From: a virus
Taxonomy: Duplodnaviria; Caudoviricetes
DNA: 40,279 bases
Virus record (IMG/VR): IMGVR_UViG_3300027863_000008
Location: 1 to 40,279 of that record
Direction: 5' to 3' (one strand)
Shown: one piece after another, positions 25,415 to 35,580 of the stretch
Numbering within the stretch: position 1 is the first letter of the stretch
Layout: each line of letters opens with the position of its first letter
Program-made: the position numbers and the translations under genes
The notes under the pieces: generated by a model
Databases searched by the model: none
Told to the model about the DNA's origin: nothing
What the model saw: only the letters and a program-made list of their open reading frames with translations

Positions 25415-25639
25415 ATGGCAAGATCAGTGGTTTATTATGGAGCGGTTGGAGATAATACTTATTATAATTCTATCTTTCAAGATGATATTGGTAGAATGGA
25501 AATAGTAGTTATTTCATCAAGTTGTTATCAGTTGCGGTTATTTCAAAAGGGCGTAACTGATGATTATGTAGTTGAGGGTGAGTATGAGACATTAGTTGAC
25601 GCGCAGAAACGGCGTAAAGAGATAGAGGATATGGCTTAA
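25415..25639 (+). CDS. Hypothetical protein
   Basis: ORF MARSVV... with GGGGGTGA SD. Confidence 0.7.
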   Translation: MARSVVYYGAVGDNTYYNSIFQDDIGRMEIVVISSSCYQLRLFQKGVTDDYVVEGEYETLVDAQKRRKEIEDMA

Positions 25640-25748
25640 TCTTTTATAGGTAGGGGTGGGTGGGGTATTAAGGAGATGTATGTGTCAAGAATGGTATTCC
25701 TGATATAGACTATGAAGATGTTTGTTTTTATAAGAAAGGAGTTTGAAA

Positions 25749-26051
25749 ATGAAGTTTAAGGGTGTTAATTTTCCAAGAGAGTTTCTTGACAAGCTCGCAA
25801 TAGTTGCAAGATTACAGAATAAGACTATTAGGGGTTTAATTATTGATGTTGTAGAGAAGTATGTATTGAAGGGGGGGAATGAAGTAGTGAATGTTAGGTG
25901 TCCATCTTGTGGGCACGAGTTTGAGACGATTGTTCAATTAAGTGAATATTCGGAAGTAGTTGAAGCTATTGATAAAGTGATAGCTAAAAAGGATAAGGAA
26001 GAGGTTATAGTTGATATAGATATAAAAGGAGGAAAGTATGTCAAATGCTGA
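25749..26051 (+). CDS. RHH-like DNA-binding protein with zinc ribbon
   Basis: FKGVNFPREFLDKLAIVA...TIRGLIIDVVEKY (RHH pattern) plus RCPSCGHEF. Confidence 0.7.
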   Translation: MKFKGVNFPREFLDKLAIVARLQNKTIRGLIIDVVEKYVLKGGNEVVNVRCPSCGHEFETIVQLSEYSEVVEAIDKVIAKKDKEEVIVDIDIKGGKYVKC

Positions 26052-29049
26052 ACTCTATGTAGAGGTTCATGGTTTTAATGGTAGTAAGCCGTTGCCTAAG
26101 TGGGAACGGATACCTATATCAGAGATAACTACGTGGAGGGGAAAGAATGAGCATTTGACGGTTTTATTGAAATCAGTTCAGTCGTTTGTGAATAAAGAAC
26201 GGGGGGGTGATGACCCCCACATAGCTCCTGTGTATTTTGATTTTGATAGTAATGATCCAATATTAGCTTTATCAGACGCAAGGAGTTTATATCAGCATTT
26301 AGTATCTTTATATGGTGATTTAGATATAAATATTTGGTTTAGCGGGAATAAAGGATTTCATATATTTATTAATCCTGAGCATTTTGGCATAAAGATACAC
26401 AAGCATACTACATATCATATCAGATACATAGTTGATCACTTTGTTAAAAAGTTGGATTTGACTACTGCTGATTTAGGTGTATATACTATTCCTCGTCTTT
26501 GGAGGATAGCTAATACACCTAATAAAGATCATTACAAAATTCCGATCACTATATATGAGTTTTTGAGTTGGGATTTTGAGAGCATAAAGAAGTTGGCAGA
26601 GTATAAGAGAGATGTAGATTACTATGATAATGATTTTAAGATGATAGAACTTATACCAGAGCTAAATGAATTATATTTATCTGCTGTTGATCAGTATGGG
26701 CAGTCAAAATCAATCATTGCTCCAATTTATGATCCAGTAGAGATAAATGATCAACTTCCACCGTGTATAAAGTATATCTTTAACCATCAAGGATTGCTGA
26801 AATTAGGGTATCGTAATAGAACATCGGTAGTTTTGTCGGCATATTGTAAAGACGCTGGTAAAGATATAGATCAAGCTAAGACATTCTTGAATGAATGGTT
26901 ATCTACAATTCCTGATCCCTCGCCTTTAACTTCTACAAATGGCAATGCAAGGATAACGGAAGCTATGGCAGTAATAAAGACTGTATATGCTTCTGAAAAG
27001 TATCATTTTAGCTGTGGGTCAATATTAGATTGTGGTGTTCCAAGAGATGTATGCACAAATTGCGAGTCGTTAGGTGAGAAAGTTAAAGTTATAGAATTCA
27101 AAGATTTTGCTGAGAAAGATAATATTGGGGGACAACTTTTAGAGTTTGAAGCTGATGTTGTAGGTAAGGATAAGATTGAAATGCTTATTCCTAAAAAGAT
27201 AACGGGGCATTGTGTATTTGACCCTGATAAGAATGCTTGTATAAGTTGTCCTATGGCTGATTATTTTGATATAGAAAAGCGGGAGTGTAGTAGGACAGTT
27301 AATGTATCAGCTAAGAGTAAATGGATAGTAGAATTGCTTGATCAGCGGGCAGGGAATATAGATGTTATAGTTAAGAAGTTGTTTGGTGTATATGGCAAAA
27401 GTTGTGGGTTATTCCAATATGATATAGAGTGGCAGAATGCTCAAAAGGTGCATTTAGCTACTGCGATAAACAGGTCATATATAGATACAACTGATAAGAA
27501 GTATTATGCTGGGACGGGCTATGTGCTTTTGCATGGGATAGAGATGAATAGAGGCTATCGTATGCGGGGAAGGGTATATCCTAATTTTCGTAACCGAGAG
27601 GCGACGCTCATCATAGAGTCAGCTGAACCGTTACAGACACTTATAGACAACTTTGTTTTGACGCCAAGAGATGCGGATGAATTAGAGGTGTTCAAGCCGA
27701 GTAAACTTACGCCTGATGGGATATTAGAAAAGATACGGGATATACATAGTTGCTTTCGTGATAGCTTTATATTCATATTCGGTAGAGACGATTTGATATT
27801 GGCGGAGGATTTAGTATTTCATTCTGTAAGAAAGTTTTATTTTCAAAGGCAATTAAAGAAGGGCTGGTTAGATATACTTATTGTTGGTGATACCAGACAA
27901 GGAAAGACTGAGATAGCAAAGAAGCTAATGGATTATTATCAAGTAGGGACTTTTGCGTCAGGTGAAACATCATCAAGGACTGGTTTACTTTATACTATAC
28001 AGATGACAAAGGAAGAGGCTAACTGGGTGCGGTTTGGGTTAATGCCTCGTTCTAATGGTATGTTGTTAGTAGTGGATGAGATACACGGGATGCCATCTGA
28101 TGACTTTAAGGAGTTTACACAAGTAAGATCGGAAGGGGTATTAGATGTCATGCGTGCTGGGGTTGGCAAAACGCCTTGTGAGGTTAGATTGATTTGTATC
28201 GCTAATCCAAGGACTGGCGCGTCTATGTCAAGTTATGGTTATCCTGTTCAAGCTATAACAGAGATACCAGCTTTTTCTTCGTTAGAAGATGTTGCTCGGT
28301 TTACTTATGCTTATGGGGTAAAGGCGGGTGAAGTGTCAGATGATGACTTGAACCGAGATGTAAATGAGATACCAATCAAAGAGCACCCATATACACGGGA
28401 AAAATGCAGGAATTTAATTTTATGGCTATGGACTTTGAAACCAGATGACATAATAATTTCGCCTGATACAGAGAAACGGGTCTTGACGCTTGCTAAACAG
28501 ATTTCATTAGAGTATGTGCCTGATATTCCTTTAATAGAGAGTGCTGATGTTAGACAAAAGCTAATGATAGTTGCAACTGCTATTGCTGGCAGGACATATA
28601 ATTCAGATGGTAAAAGGCTTATAGTATTGCCAGCACATGTTGATACAGCTTATAATGTCTTGAATATGTTCTATAAGTCAGAAGGGTTGGATTATTATGG
28701 GTTCAGCGACGACCAAGCTCGTATGTTGTTATCAAGCGAGCAAGTTGAGCAGATAGAGGAAAAGATAATGAGAGAGATACCAAACTGGGAAGGGGTTATA
28801 AGGTATATGATAGCCTCTAACTCCTTTAATAAAACTATCCTTTATCAATCAACTGGAATAAATAAAGATGTGGCTGATAGGCTGATAACATTGTTTTTGA
28901 ATTGCAACTTTTTGCAGTCAAGACAACACTTTTTAAGGAAAACCGCACAAGGCAGAAACTTTATGAGGAATATGGTTAAAAAGTATGGAATGTATTCTAA
29001 AAAAGAAATAGATAGTATACAAGAAATAATAAAAGATGATGATTTTTAA
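26038..29049 (+). CDS. AEP primase-polymerase + PriL-like Cys domain + MCM-type AAA+ helicase fusion
   Basis: AEP motifs YFDFDS, FSGNKGFH, D.GVY and RIANT. LPPCI...HFSC...C..C. MCM-like ILIVGDTRQGKT, GETSSRTGL, VVDE, ANPR and DVARF. Confidence 0.85.
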   Translation: MSNAELYVEVHGFNGSKPLPKWERIPISEITTWRGKNEHLTVLLKSVQSFVNKERGGDDPHIAPVYFDFDSNDPILALSDARSLYQHLVSLYGDLDINIWFSGNKGFHIFINPEHFGIKIHKHTTYHIRYIVDHFVKKLDLTTADLGVYTIPRLWRIANTPNKDHYKIPITIYEFLSWDFESIKKLAEYKRDVDYYDNDFKMIELIPELNELYLSAVDQYGQSKSIIAPIYDPVEINDQLPPCIKYIFNHQGLLKLGYRNRTSVVLSAYCKDAGKDIDQAKTFLNEWLSTIPDPSPLTSTNGNARITEAMAVIKTVYASEKYHFSCGSILDCGVPRDVCTNCESLGEKVKVIEFKDFAEKDNIGGQLLEFEADVVGKDKIEMLIPKKITGHCVFDPDKNACISCPMADYFDIEKRECSRTVNVSAKSKWIVELLDQRAGNIDVIVKKLFGVYGKSCGLFQYDIEWQNAQKVHLATAINRSYIDTTDKKYYAGTGYVLLHGIEMNRGYRMRGRVYPNFRNREATLIIESAEPLQTLIDNFVLTPRDADELEVFKPSKLTPDGILEKIRDIHSCFRDSFIFIFGRDDLILAEDLVFHSVRKFYFQRQLKKGWLDILIVGDTRQGKTEIAKKLMDYYQVGTFASGETSSRTGLLYTIQMTKEEANWVRFGLMPRSNGMLLVVDEIHGMPSDDFKEFTQVRSEGVLDVMRAGVGKTPCEVRLICIANPRTGASMSSYGYPVQAITEIPAFSSLEDVARFTYAYGVKAGEVSDDDLNRDVNEIPIKEHPYTREKCRNLILWLWTLKPDDIIISPDTEKRVLTLAKQISLEYVPDIPLIESADVRQKLMIVATAIAGRTYNSDGKRLIVLPAHVDTAYNVLNMFYKSEGLDYYGFSDDQARMLLSSEQVEQIEEKIMREIPNWEGVIRYMIASNSFNKTILYQSTGINKDVADRLITLFLNCNFLQSRQHFLRKTAQGRNFMRNMVKKYGMYSKKEIDSIQEIIKDDDF

Positions 29050-29173
29050 TTAAATCATCATTAAGGGGTCTAATAATGGATTTAACGCATTTTGATATTA
29101 ATAGACTATAAATTATGCAATGTATGTTAAATATCATTATTAGGGCTAAAAATGATGGATTTTTTGGAAGGAG

Positions 29174-29452
29174 GTGACAAAAAAAATGATTGATTATACA
29201 GCTGAAAGAATAAAAGCTATACAAGTTGAAATAGATAATCTTAATCCACCAGAAGAATGGGCAAAGCTATACAAACAAATAAAAGGAATAAAACTCTTTT
29301 TCAGTGAGTATAGCTGGGATGAACTAATCAGAGATGTTACTCTTGGATTAGGCTGGGTTCAGCAGTGGAGAGAAAATCCTAAATTCAAACAATACTATAA
29401 ACTAATGGATCAGTTAGACCAACTGAATATATTAGCAAGAAAGGAGGACTAA
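29174..29452 (+). CDS. Hypothetical protein
   Basis: ~90-aa ORF with AGGAGGTG SD. Start is probably the ATG a few codons in. Confidence 0.7.
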   Translation: MTKKMIDYTAERIKAIQVEIDNLNPPEEWAKLYKQIKGIKLFFSEYSWDELIRDVTLGLGWVQQWRENPKFKQYYKLMDQLDQLNILARKED

Positions 29453-29797
29453 ATGTATTATAGGCGAAAGGAAGATGATATGGAAAAGAAATTAGTGAGT
29501 AAAGGCTGGAAATTAATAGAAGATACAGCTCGGCGTAGAAAATTCTGTGCCGATAGAGTAATGGAACGAAATGATATAACCTTTGTTGTTGACCATAAGT
29601 CTACCAGAGGAACATCAGAAATAAACTTTAAGCGTGACTGGTATTCAAAAGTTAAAGACGAAGGCAAAAAATATGATGAAACCGCTATACCACTAATTAC
29701 TATGTCATTTAGAAACTCTTCAAAACTATATTTAGTAATTGAATTAGACGAATTTAACAAATTAATAGAAAAACTAACAGAAGGAGATAAAAAATGA
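29453..29797 (+). CDS. PD-(D/E)xK nuclease, Holliday-junction-resolvase-like
   Basis: G.K.IE...AD...VVDHKST...SEINFK.DW..K..EG...IPLI. Confidence 0.6.
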   Translation: MYYRRKEDDMEKKLVSKGWKLIEDTARRRKFCADRVMERNDITFVVDHKSTRGTSEINFKRDWYSKVKDEGKKYDETAIPLITMSFRNSSKLYLVIELDEFNKLIEKLTEGDKK

Positions 29798-30207
29798 AAC
29801 GAATTGATTGGAAAATCCATCTCATTAAAAATGATGGGATCGTTACTGAAATAATTGTTTTACAACAAATATATGTATCAAAAAATGATCTTGTCATTTA
29901 TAATGATAATAAAGATTACCTAAACGAAATATTCTTATCAAATAACTGGACTATATTATCTGAAAGCGTAATAGATAAGTTTAGTTTAGGCGAAACTGAT
30001 AAAATCATACATACCTTTGATAAAGATGTATATTTACAGCTATTAGACGCTTATTTCCGTCAAGCATTCCGAGTATGCTGTAAAAAGAATATAGAATTCC
30101 TTACAAAAGGATATAAGATTATACAAACTTTTGTAGGAATGAACTATATAACTTTGCTTTATGATGTCCCTGAAAATCTATGGAATAAGGAGAATAAAAA
30201 TGAATAA
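29794..30207 (+). CDS. Hypothetical protein
   Basis: 137 aa, AAGGAG SD, ATGA overlap. Confidence 0.7.
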   Translation: MKRIDWKIHLIKNDGIVTEIIVLQQIYVSKNDLVIYNDNKDYLNEIFLSNNWTILSESVIDKFSLGETDKIIHTFDKDVYLQLLDAYFRQAFRVCCKKNIEFLTKGYKIIQTFVGMNYITLLYDVPENLWNKENKNE

Positions 30208-30430
30208 TGATTGGACTGATGAAATGGCTAAACGCATTGGCTGGCTAATAATAAGAGATAACGAAGCATTAGCTCTCAATCTTTGGAAAAAAGTATTAGA
30301 GGAAAAAAACAAAGTTATAGAAAAGAATAGTATTTATAGAGATCAAGAAAAATTAACTGAATACTATCAGTCAATAAGAAACAACTGGAAAGAATGGTTC
30401 AAAGATGTAAAGGAGACAAAATATGTATAG
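30200..30430 (+). CDS. Hypothetical protein (last early gene)
   Basis: Start MNNDW after an AAGGAG SD. Confidence 0.65.
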   Translation: MNNDWTDEMAKRIGWLIIRDNEALALNLWKKVLEEKNKVIEKNSIYRDQEKLTEYYQSIRNNWKEWFKDVKETKYV

Positions 30431-30584
30431 CTGTTATATATGCCAGCTAATGAAAGAATTGTTCAATTATAATAAGTGTCTCAAAACTGACCGATCCGAT
30501 CTTACAAAACTTCTGGTTGATCTCACTTTGATATATATGGGATCACCAAGAGATAAAGATGGAATTGTGGAGGGTAATAAAGAG

Positions 30585-33500
30585 TTATCTTAAATGTCTT
30601 ATATGTCTTCCAGCTCGTCCTTGTCGTATAGGACGAGCTTTGATAGGCTTTACTGGCTTAGCCTGTAAGATTAAACTTCTTGCAGGCTTTTTCTCTTCCG
30701 CCACCTGCATTGAAGCTCGCCACATTGCCCCAGCAGGAATTACTGTTGGTAAATCATATTCTATCAATCTTTTTAATGCTTGATTATATCCTTCATTGTT
30801 TCCTGACATAGCCCCATCTACAAGACCGCCCAATGTAAAAGCTATATCAGTTCCAGTAGCAACTGGTGGTGATACAGGAACAGCAAAACTATATCCACCT
30901 AACTTACCAGTAGTCGTAGGGAACATCCAGCCCATATTAAACCCTAACTTTGACCCCACATAAGCTATACCAGCCATCATAGAAGCATACCCTAAAACTG
31001 AATACCTTTGAAGCTTCGTCCAGCCTAATTTCATACCATATGGCGTCTCTCCCTTTATCAACATTTTGAATAAAGCAGGAATGTATGCCGTCCAAAAATG
31101 TTGCCACCAGTTAGAATACATTAATATAGTCTTACCCATACTTGATGTCAAACTTGCTGGCAAATCCCACTTATTGTATGCAAACTGCGTGAACTTTATG
31201 TTCTGCGTTGCCCAATACACTACATCTTTGAATAATCCGTCCTCTATCGCTTCACGCATAATACGCCAAAATTGAAAACCTTGTATACTTGCGGGATCAT
31301 ACCCTTTACGAATAGCATATTTAGCTAACTCCTGCATTCTCGCAGTTGATGAAGTCATCAGCTTCCATATAGCACCATTACCCGCACTCGCACAGTTAAT
31401 ATAGAACTCAACTGCTTGGTTAGGCAATAATCCTATTCTATCAAAAGTTGATAAGTCAGTAATATTAAAACTTTCCAGAGGCATTCTGCCTATCATAACA
31501 TCAAAGTTTTTAAGTATTGCCCTGCCATCAGCAGAAAACATACTCTCTATTCCAGCCCAAGTTGACTTAGAACCAAGAGTTGAAATTGAGTGCATAACTT
31601 GAAATAAATTTTTAGTCAATACTCTAATATTAGCTGATAAAGTCCCTCTTAAATATGCTTTCCGTAAAATACCCGTAAAGTTATCAAATGCCCGTTCTCT
31701 ACTACGCCATACTAATTCTTTATTGATACCAGCAACCTTAGGCAAGTTGCGAATGGGAGTTTCATTTACTACTTTACCAACAGCTTTTGATAAAGCAGAA
31801 AACAATTCATTAGTGGTTTTATCACCTTTGGCTTCCATGCCCCTTGCCATTAAAGCAAAACGACGAAACATCTTTCCAATAACATCTTTACGCTCCGACG
31901 GTGGTAAAGACTTAATGAAATATGCCCCTTGCTCTAATACTGGTTCAAGAAACAATTTCCTCATCTCTGACCTAAATGCCATACGAAAAACTTCTATCGC
32001 ATCTAAACTAAATGCTTTATTATCTTTTACCCTCTTTAAGAATTCAGTAGCGGTTATCTTTGAAGGAATACTCTTCTCAAAAGCTCTTACACTATATCCC
32101 TTCATTAACTCCTTAAACCAAGCGTCTCGGTTCATTGCCTCAATGTAAGAAGGAACTTTGTTAGCTTCAGCCATTATGTTATCAGCTAAAATTTTGTGAG
32201 GATAATAATTCTTTATATATACTGGCGGTAAATCCTTTATACGCTTTTTGACTTTCTGTATATCCCTATAAACTTTGTTATATTCAGGATCAGTTTTATC
32301 TAATGATTTTAATTTGTTCTGCATACTATCAAGCAAATTATTAAGGTTTTTTATCTGTGTATCATCAGGCAACATTTTTCCTTCTTTAATTGCTATTTCA
32401 GCTAACTCATCAAACCTCTTTTTGTATCCTTCCCTGATAGCAACGAGTTTATCTAACTGCTCACTACTGAACTTTGCAACTAATTCTTGCGGTGCATCAG
32501 CTGGAATTCTCTCGCCAGTGTTAGCTATATAAGCTAACATCTCGCTCTCATCTTTGCCCCATCTTTTGCCAAAAAGCTGTCGCCACTCAGACTTAAAAGT
32601 AGAAACATAATTATCTAACTCATTAGTGGCTTTCGTTATTCTTACTAACTCACTCTCTACTGTGCTATGCAAAAATGGGACGCCAATTCTTTTGAATGCT
32701 AACCAGTCAGGCGTAAAGTAATTAAGCGATCTAAACAATATATTCATATTATCTGGCAAGTTCACTCCACTAACTAACATATCCCTTAAATTCTCTAAAT
32801 CAGTCAACATCATTCCAGATAAATTATCTGTCTCACCATGCGTCATACTCTTAATTACATTACGCACCATCTTGCCATTCAGCTTAGCAGTCGGTAATAA
32901 AGGAATACCTTCCTCTTCCAGCCGTTTCATTACACGCCTTGATGGCTTTATCATATTTTTTATATCATCTATTAATATCTGACGTTTTATCAAGTCTTGC
33001 GTAAACGCTTTATAATCATCAAGTAATTTTATTCCATCATTTATCCTTGATAAATTGTAATCTATCGTATATGGAAATGTCCGTTTTTCTATTATAGTTG
33101 ATATATCCTTTATTTCACTTATATCCCTTGATATATTCTTTTCCCGCCTTAAACTATCATATACTTCGTCTAAAACTTTCTTTTGCCTTAATGCTATATC
33201 GTCTTTTAATGTCAATGATTTAGCTAATTCATCTGATATTGACTTCCGTAAAGTTGCCTCATCATGTATAGCTTTTAATAAGTCATCTGCCTGCTTAGCT
33301 AAATTCGGCAATTCAGATAATATCTCTGACTTAGTTTGGTCAAGCTTAGCTTTATTTATCTTTATGTCAATATTCAAATTATTAATCTGATCTGTTATGC
33401 CAGTTTTCGCATCAGCAGTTAGACCCTCGTCTCTTAAAGACTTTTTAAGCCCTTTACGCAACTCATAATTTGATCTATACCCCTCCATAGTGTCATTATA

Positions 33501-34469
33501 AGTTTTGTATTTCTTAACTAACTCATCATATTGCTGTCGTAATGACACAACTTTTTTAGCTTCATCTTGTGCAACCTTTAATGCCTCATCATCTACTTTA
33601 ATACTCTCCATAGCATTATCTATTACCCGCTGAGAAAACTTGAACCTATTCACTGGCGTAACATATCTACTAACAGCTTTAATCCCCCGACCAAAAGCGA
33701 AACTACTTAATACACCAGCAACTATATCACTCCCTATATCACCAATATTGTAAAGCACTTTTGACACAGGTTTATTATCTAATTCTCTTGCAGTCTCTTC
33801 ATTCCAATCTTTGAATGGAAGATATTTGTCTTGCTTACCTTGTAAAAGCGAAATATTTTGCTTAGCACGAGCAACAAACTTAAAAGGCGTCATAGCACCA
33901 TATTCACTCTCACCCTCGCCTTTTAATGCTGATTTTAATGCCTCCGATAAAGGAATAGACGGATTACCTTTGGTAACTAATGCTTCCTCCGACCAATCAA
34001 GAAAAGCTAATGGAATTCTATATGACGCACCACTCATTTTTAGACCTTTTGCAACTAACTTTCCAATAGGAGAGTCGGCTATCTTGCCCAAAGTCTGTAT
34101 AGTCAATACTGGACTCTGCTTCATCTTATCTACTAACGTTAATGGCGTCTCATTAACCTGCTGTGAAGTGATATTATTTATTATAGTATTAGCTATATTA
34201 ATGTCTTTTTGTGTTTCTAATATTACTTGATCTCTTGGCTGGGTCTTTATAAGCCGTTCTTGTAATTGTATTGTTTGCGGATACCTTAATTTAGATAACA
34301 TCTCCTCTTTACTCGGTAAAGTCACATTATTATCTTGCGTCTTGTTTTGATACACTTTTAACATAGTATCCTTTGAAGGAAGTATTATTTCACCCTGCGT
34401 TTTATAATATTTCCTTAATATCTCCTCTTTGCTCGGTAACTCTTTTACCATGTTATTTCCTCTCACCAA
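30585..34469 (-). CDS. Large internal virion (DNA ejection) protein
   Basis: 1294 aa, helical/coiled-coil, last gene of the late operon. N-terminal LPSK repeats, NYYPH motif and a C-terminal helical region, as in podoviral ejection proteins. Confidence 0.65.
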   Translation of the reverse strand: MVRGNNMVKELPSKEEILRKYYKTQGEIILPSKDTMLKVYQNKTQDNNVTLPSKEEMLSKLRYPQTIQLQERLIKTQPRDQVILETQKDINIANTIINNITSQQVNETPLTLVDKMKQSPVLTIQTLGKIADSPIGKLVAKGLKMSGASYRIPLAFLDWSEEALVTKGNPSIPLSEALKSALKGEGESEYGAMTPFKFVARAKQNISLLQGKQDKYLPFKDWNEETARELDNKPVSKVLYNIGDIGSDIVAGVLSSFAFGRGIKAVSRYVTPVNRFKFSQRVIDNAMESIKVDDEALKVAQDEAKKVVSLRQQYDELVKKYKTYNDTMEGYRSNYELRKGLKKSLRDEGLTADAKTGITDQINNLNIDIKINKAKLDQTKSEILSELPNLAKQADDLLKAIHDEATLRKSISDELAKSLTLKDDIALRQKKVLDEVYDSLRREKNISRDISEIKDISTIIEKRTFPYTIDYNLSRINDGIKLLDDYKAFTQDLIKRQILIDDIKNMIKPSRRVMKRLEEEGIPLLPTAKLNGKMVRNVIKSMTHGETDNLSGMMLTDLENLRDMLVSGVNLPDNMNILFRSLNYFTPDWLAFKRIGVPFLHSTVESELVRITKATNELDNYVSTFKSEWRQLFGKRWGKDESEMLAYIANTGERIPADAPQELVAKFSSEQLDKLVAIREGYKKRFDELAEIAIKEGKMLPDDTQIKNLNNLLDSMQNKLKSLDKTDPEYNKVYRDIQKVKKRIKDLPPVYIKNYYPHKILADNIMAEANKVPSYIEAMNRDAWFKELMKGYSVRAFEKSIPSKITATEFLKRVKDNKAFSLDAIEVFRMAFRSEMRKLFLEPVLEQGAYFIKSLPPSERKDVIGKMFRRFALMARGMEAKGDKTTNELFSALSKAVGKVVNETPIRNLPKVAGINKELVWRSRERAFDNFTGILRKAYLRGTLSANIRVLTKNLFQVMHSISTLGSKSTWAGIESMFSADGRAILKNFDVMIGRMPLESFNITDLSTFDRIGLLPNQAVEFYINCASAGNGAIWKLMTSSTARMQELAKYAIRKGYDPASIQGFQFWRIMREAIEDGLFKDVVYWATQNIKFTQFAYNKWDLPASLTSSMGKTILMYSNWWQHFWTAYIPALFKMLIKGETPYGMKLGWTKLQRYSVLGYASMMAGIAYVGSKLGFNMGWMFPTTTGKLGGYSFAVPVSPPVATGTDIAFTLGGLVDGAMSGNNEGYNQALKRLIEYDLPTVIPAGAMWRASMQVAEEKKPARSLILQAKPVKPIKARPIRQGRAGRHIRHLR

Positions 34470-35580
34470 AGATTATGTCTAATGCAACCTTTACTTCCTC
34501 AGGTTTGAACCCATTATTTATTAACTGCGTCTCAGCGTCCTTACGCTTCATCTTTGATATATCAGATGATAAATTAAGTATTGCTTTAATATTATCATTT
34601 AATAAAGCATAATCACTAAAAAATGTAAGTTTAGCTTTATCAGGAAGCAAAGTCCTTATTTGTTTTTGATATATTAAAGCACCACTCGGCGGAATAATCT
34701 CAGCTACACGATCAGGATACTTCCTCACTAATGCTTCATAAGTTGCCATAATGTTATTGCTTCTTGATATGAGCATGTTTTGGTCGTCTTCATTTAATTT
34801 ATCTAATCCTGCCATAGAGGCTTTCTGTAATTCAGTTTCAAAAGCTGATCTTACTTTTTCATATTGACTTCTTGCGGAATTAAAAGTCTTATCCTCTAAT
34901 CCAGCTTTTGCTTTATCTACTTCCCTCTCTGCGTCAGCATTGATTTTTAATAAAGTCCTTTCCAACGCACCAGTCTGTTGAAGTTTTGCTCTTGCCATCT
35001 CACCAGCTTCCCTTGTCTGAACTTCTTCCATTCTGCCAGTATGTCGTAATTCCTCTAACTTTACATCGTATCCAAACTTCTCTTTCATTACTGCACTCTC
35101 TACTGCTTGTTTCAAAGTCGCCTTTAATTTCTCCTCTTTTTCTATCCGATCTAAATCAGCATTATTTATTATATTCCGTATGTTTTCAATATATTCAGGC
35201 GATTTAGTCTTTACTAACATTAACAACTTCAACTTATCAATAGTGCCTTTATCTATATCATTCTGTAACTTTTTGTTCAACATATCTAATTGTGCATTCT
35301 TGTATGCTATATCAGCTTCTGTCTGAGCTTGACGCAAGCCTAATTCCTCACCTTTAAGTCCAACTTCTTGTGATCGCAACATTACACCTTGCTCTGCAAC
35401 ATTAGCCATACGATTTCTATAATCCTCTAAACTCTGAACTTTCATCTGCTCTAACATATTTTTTAATTCATAAGCTCGCCGTGCTTCTTCCTCTTTTTTC
35501 GCATTTTGTATCCCACGAAGCAAACCATCTAATATAGCTAATCTCTTATCAGGAACTAATTTATCAACATCTATCGGCAT
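34453..35580 (-). CDS. Putative ejection protein (coiled coil)
   Basis: GLLRGIQ start followed by a long Q/E/K/A-rich coiled coil. Located between the nozzle and the large ejection protein. Confidence 0.6.
   Translation of the reverse strand: MPIDVDKLVPDKRLAILDGLLRGIQNAKKEEEARRAYELKNMLEQMKVQSLEDYRNRMANVAEQGVMLRSQEVGLKGEELGLRQAQTEADIAYKNAQLDMLNKKLQNDIDKGTIDKLKLLMLVKTKSPEYIENIRNIINNADLDRIEKEEKLKATLKQAVESAVMKEKFGYDVKLEELRHTGRMEEVQTREAGEMARAKLQQTGALERTLLKINADAEREVDKAKAGLEDKTFNSARSQYEKVRSAFETELQKASMAGLDKLNEDDQNMLISRSNNIMATYEALVRKYPDRVAEIIPPSGALIYQKQIRTLLPDKAKLTFFSDYALLNDNIKAILNLSSDISKMKRKDAETQLINNGFKPEEVKVALDIIFGERK

Noticed and set aside
29076-29177. Stop-codon readthrough or alternative genetic code (MDLTHFDINRL*IMQC...)
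   Set aside because: All large genes are intact in code 11 and use TAA, TAG and TGA as stops. This is at most a small gene remnant.
30514-30548. Bidirectional terminator at the convergence of the two operons
   Set aside because: Only a weak bulged hairpin without U-tracts, not enough to call.
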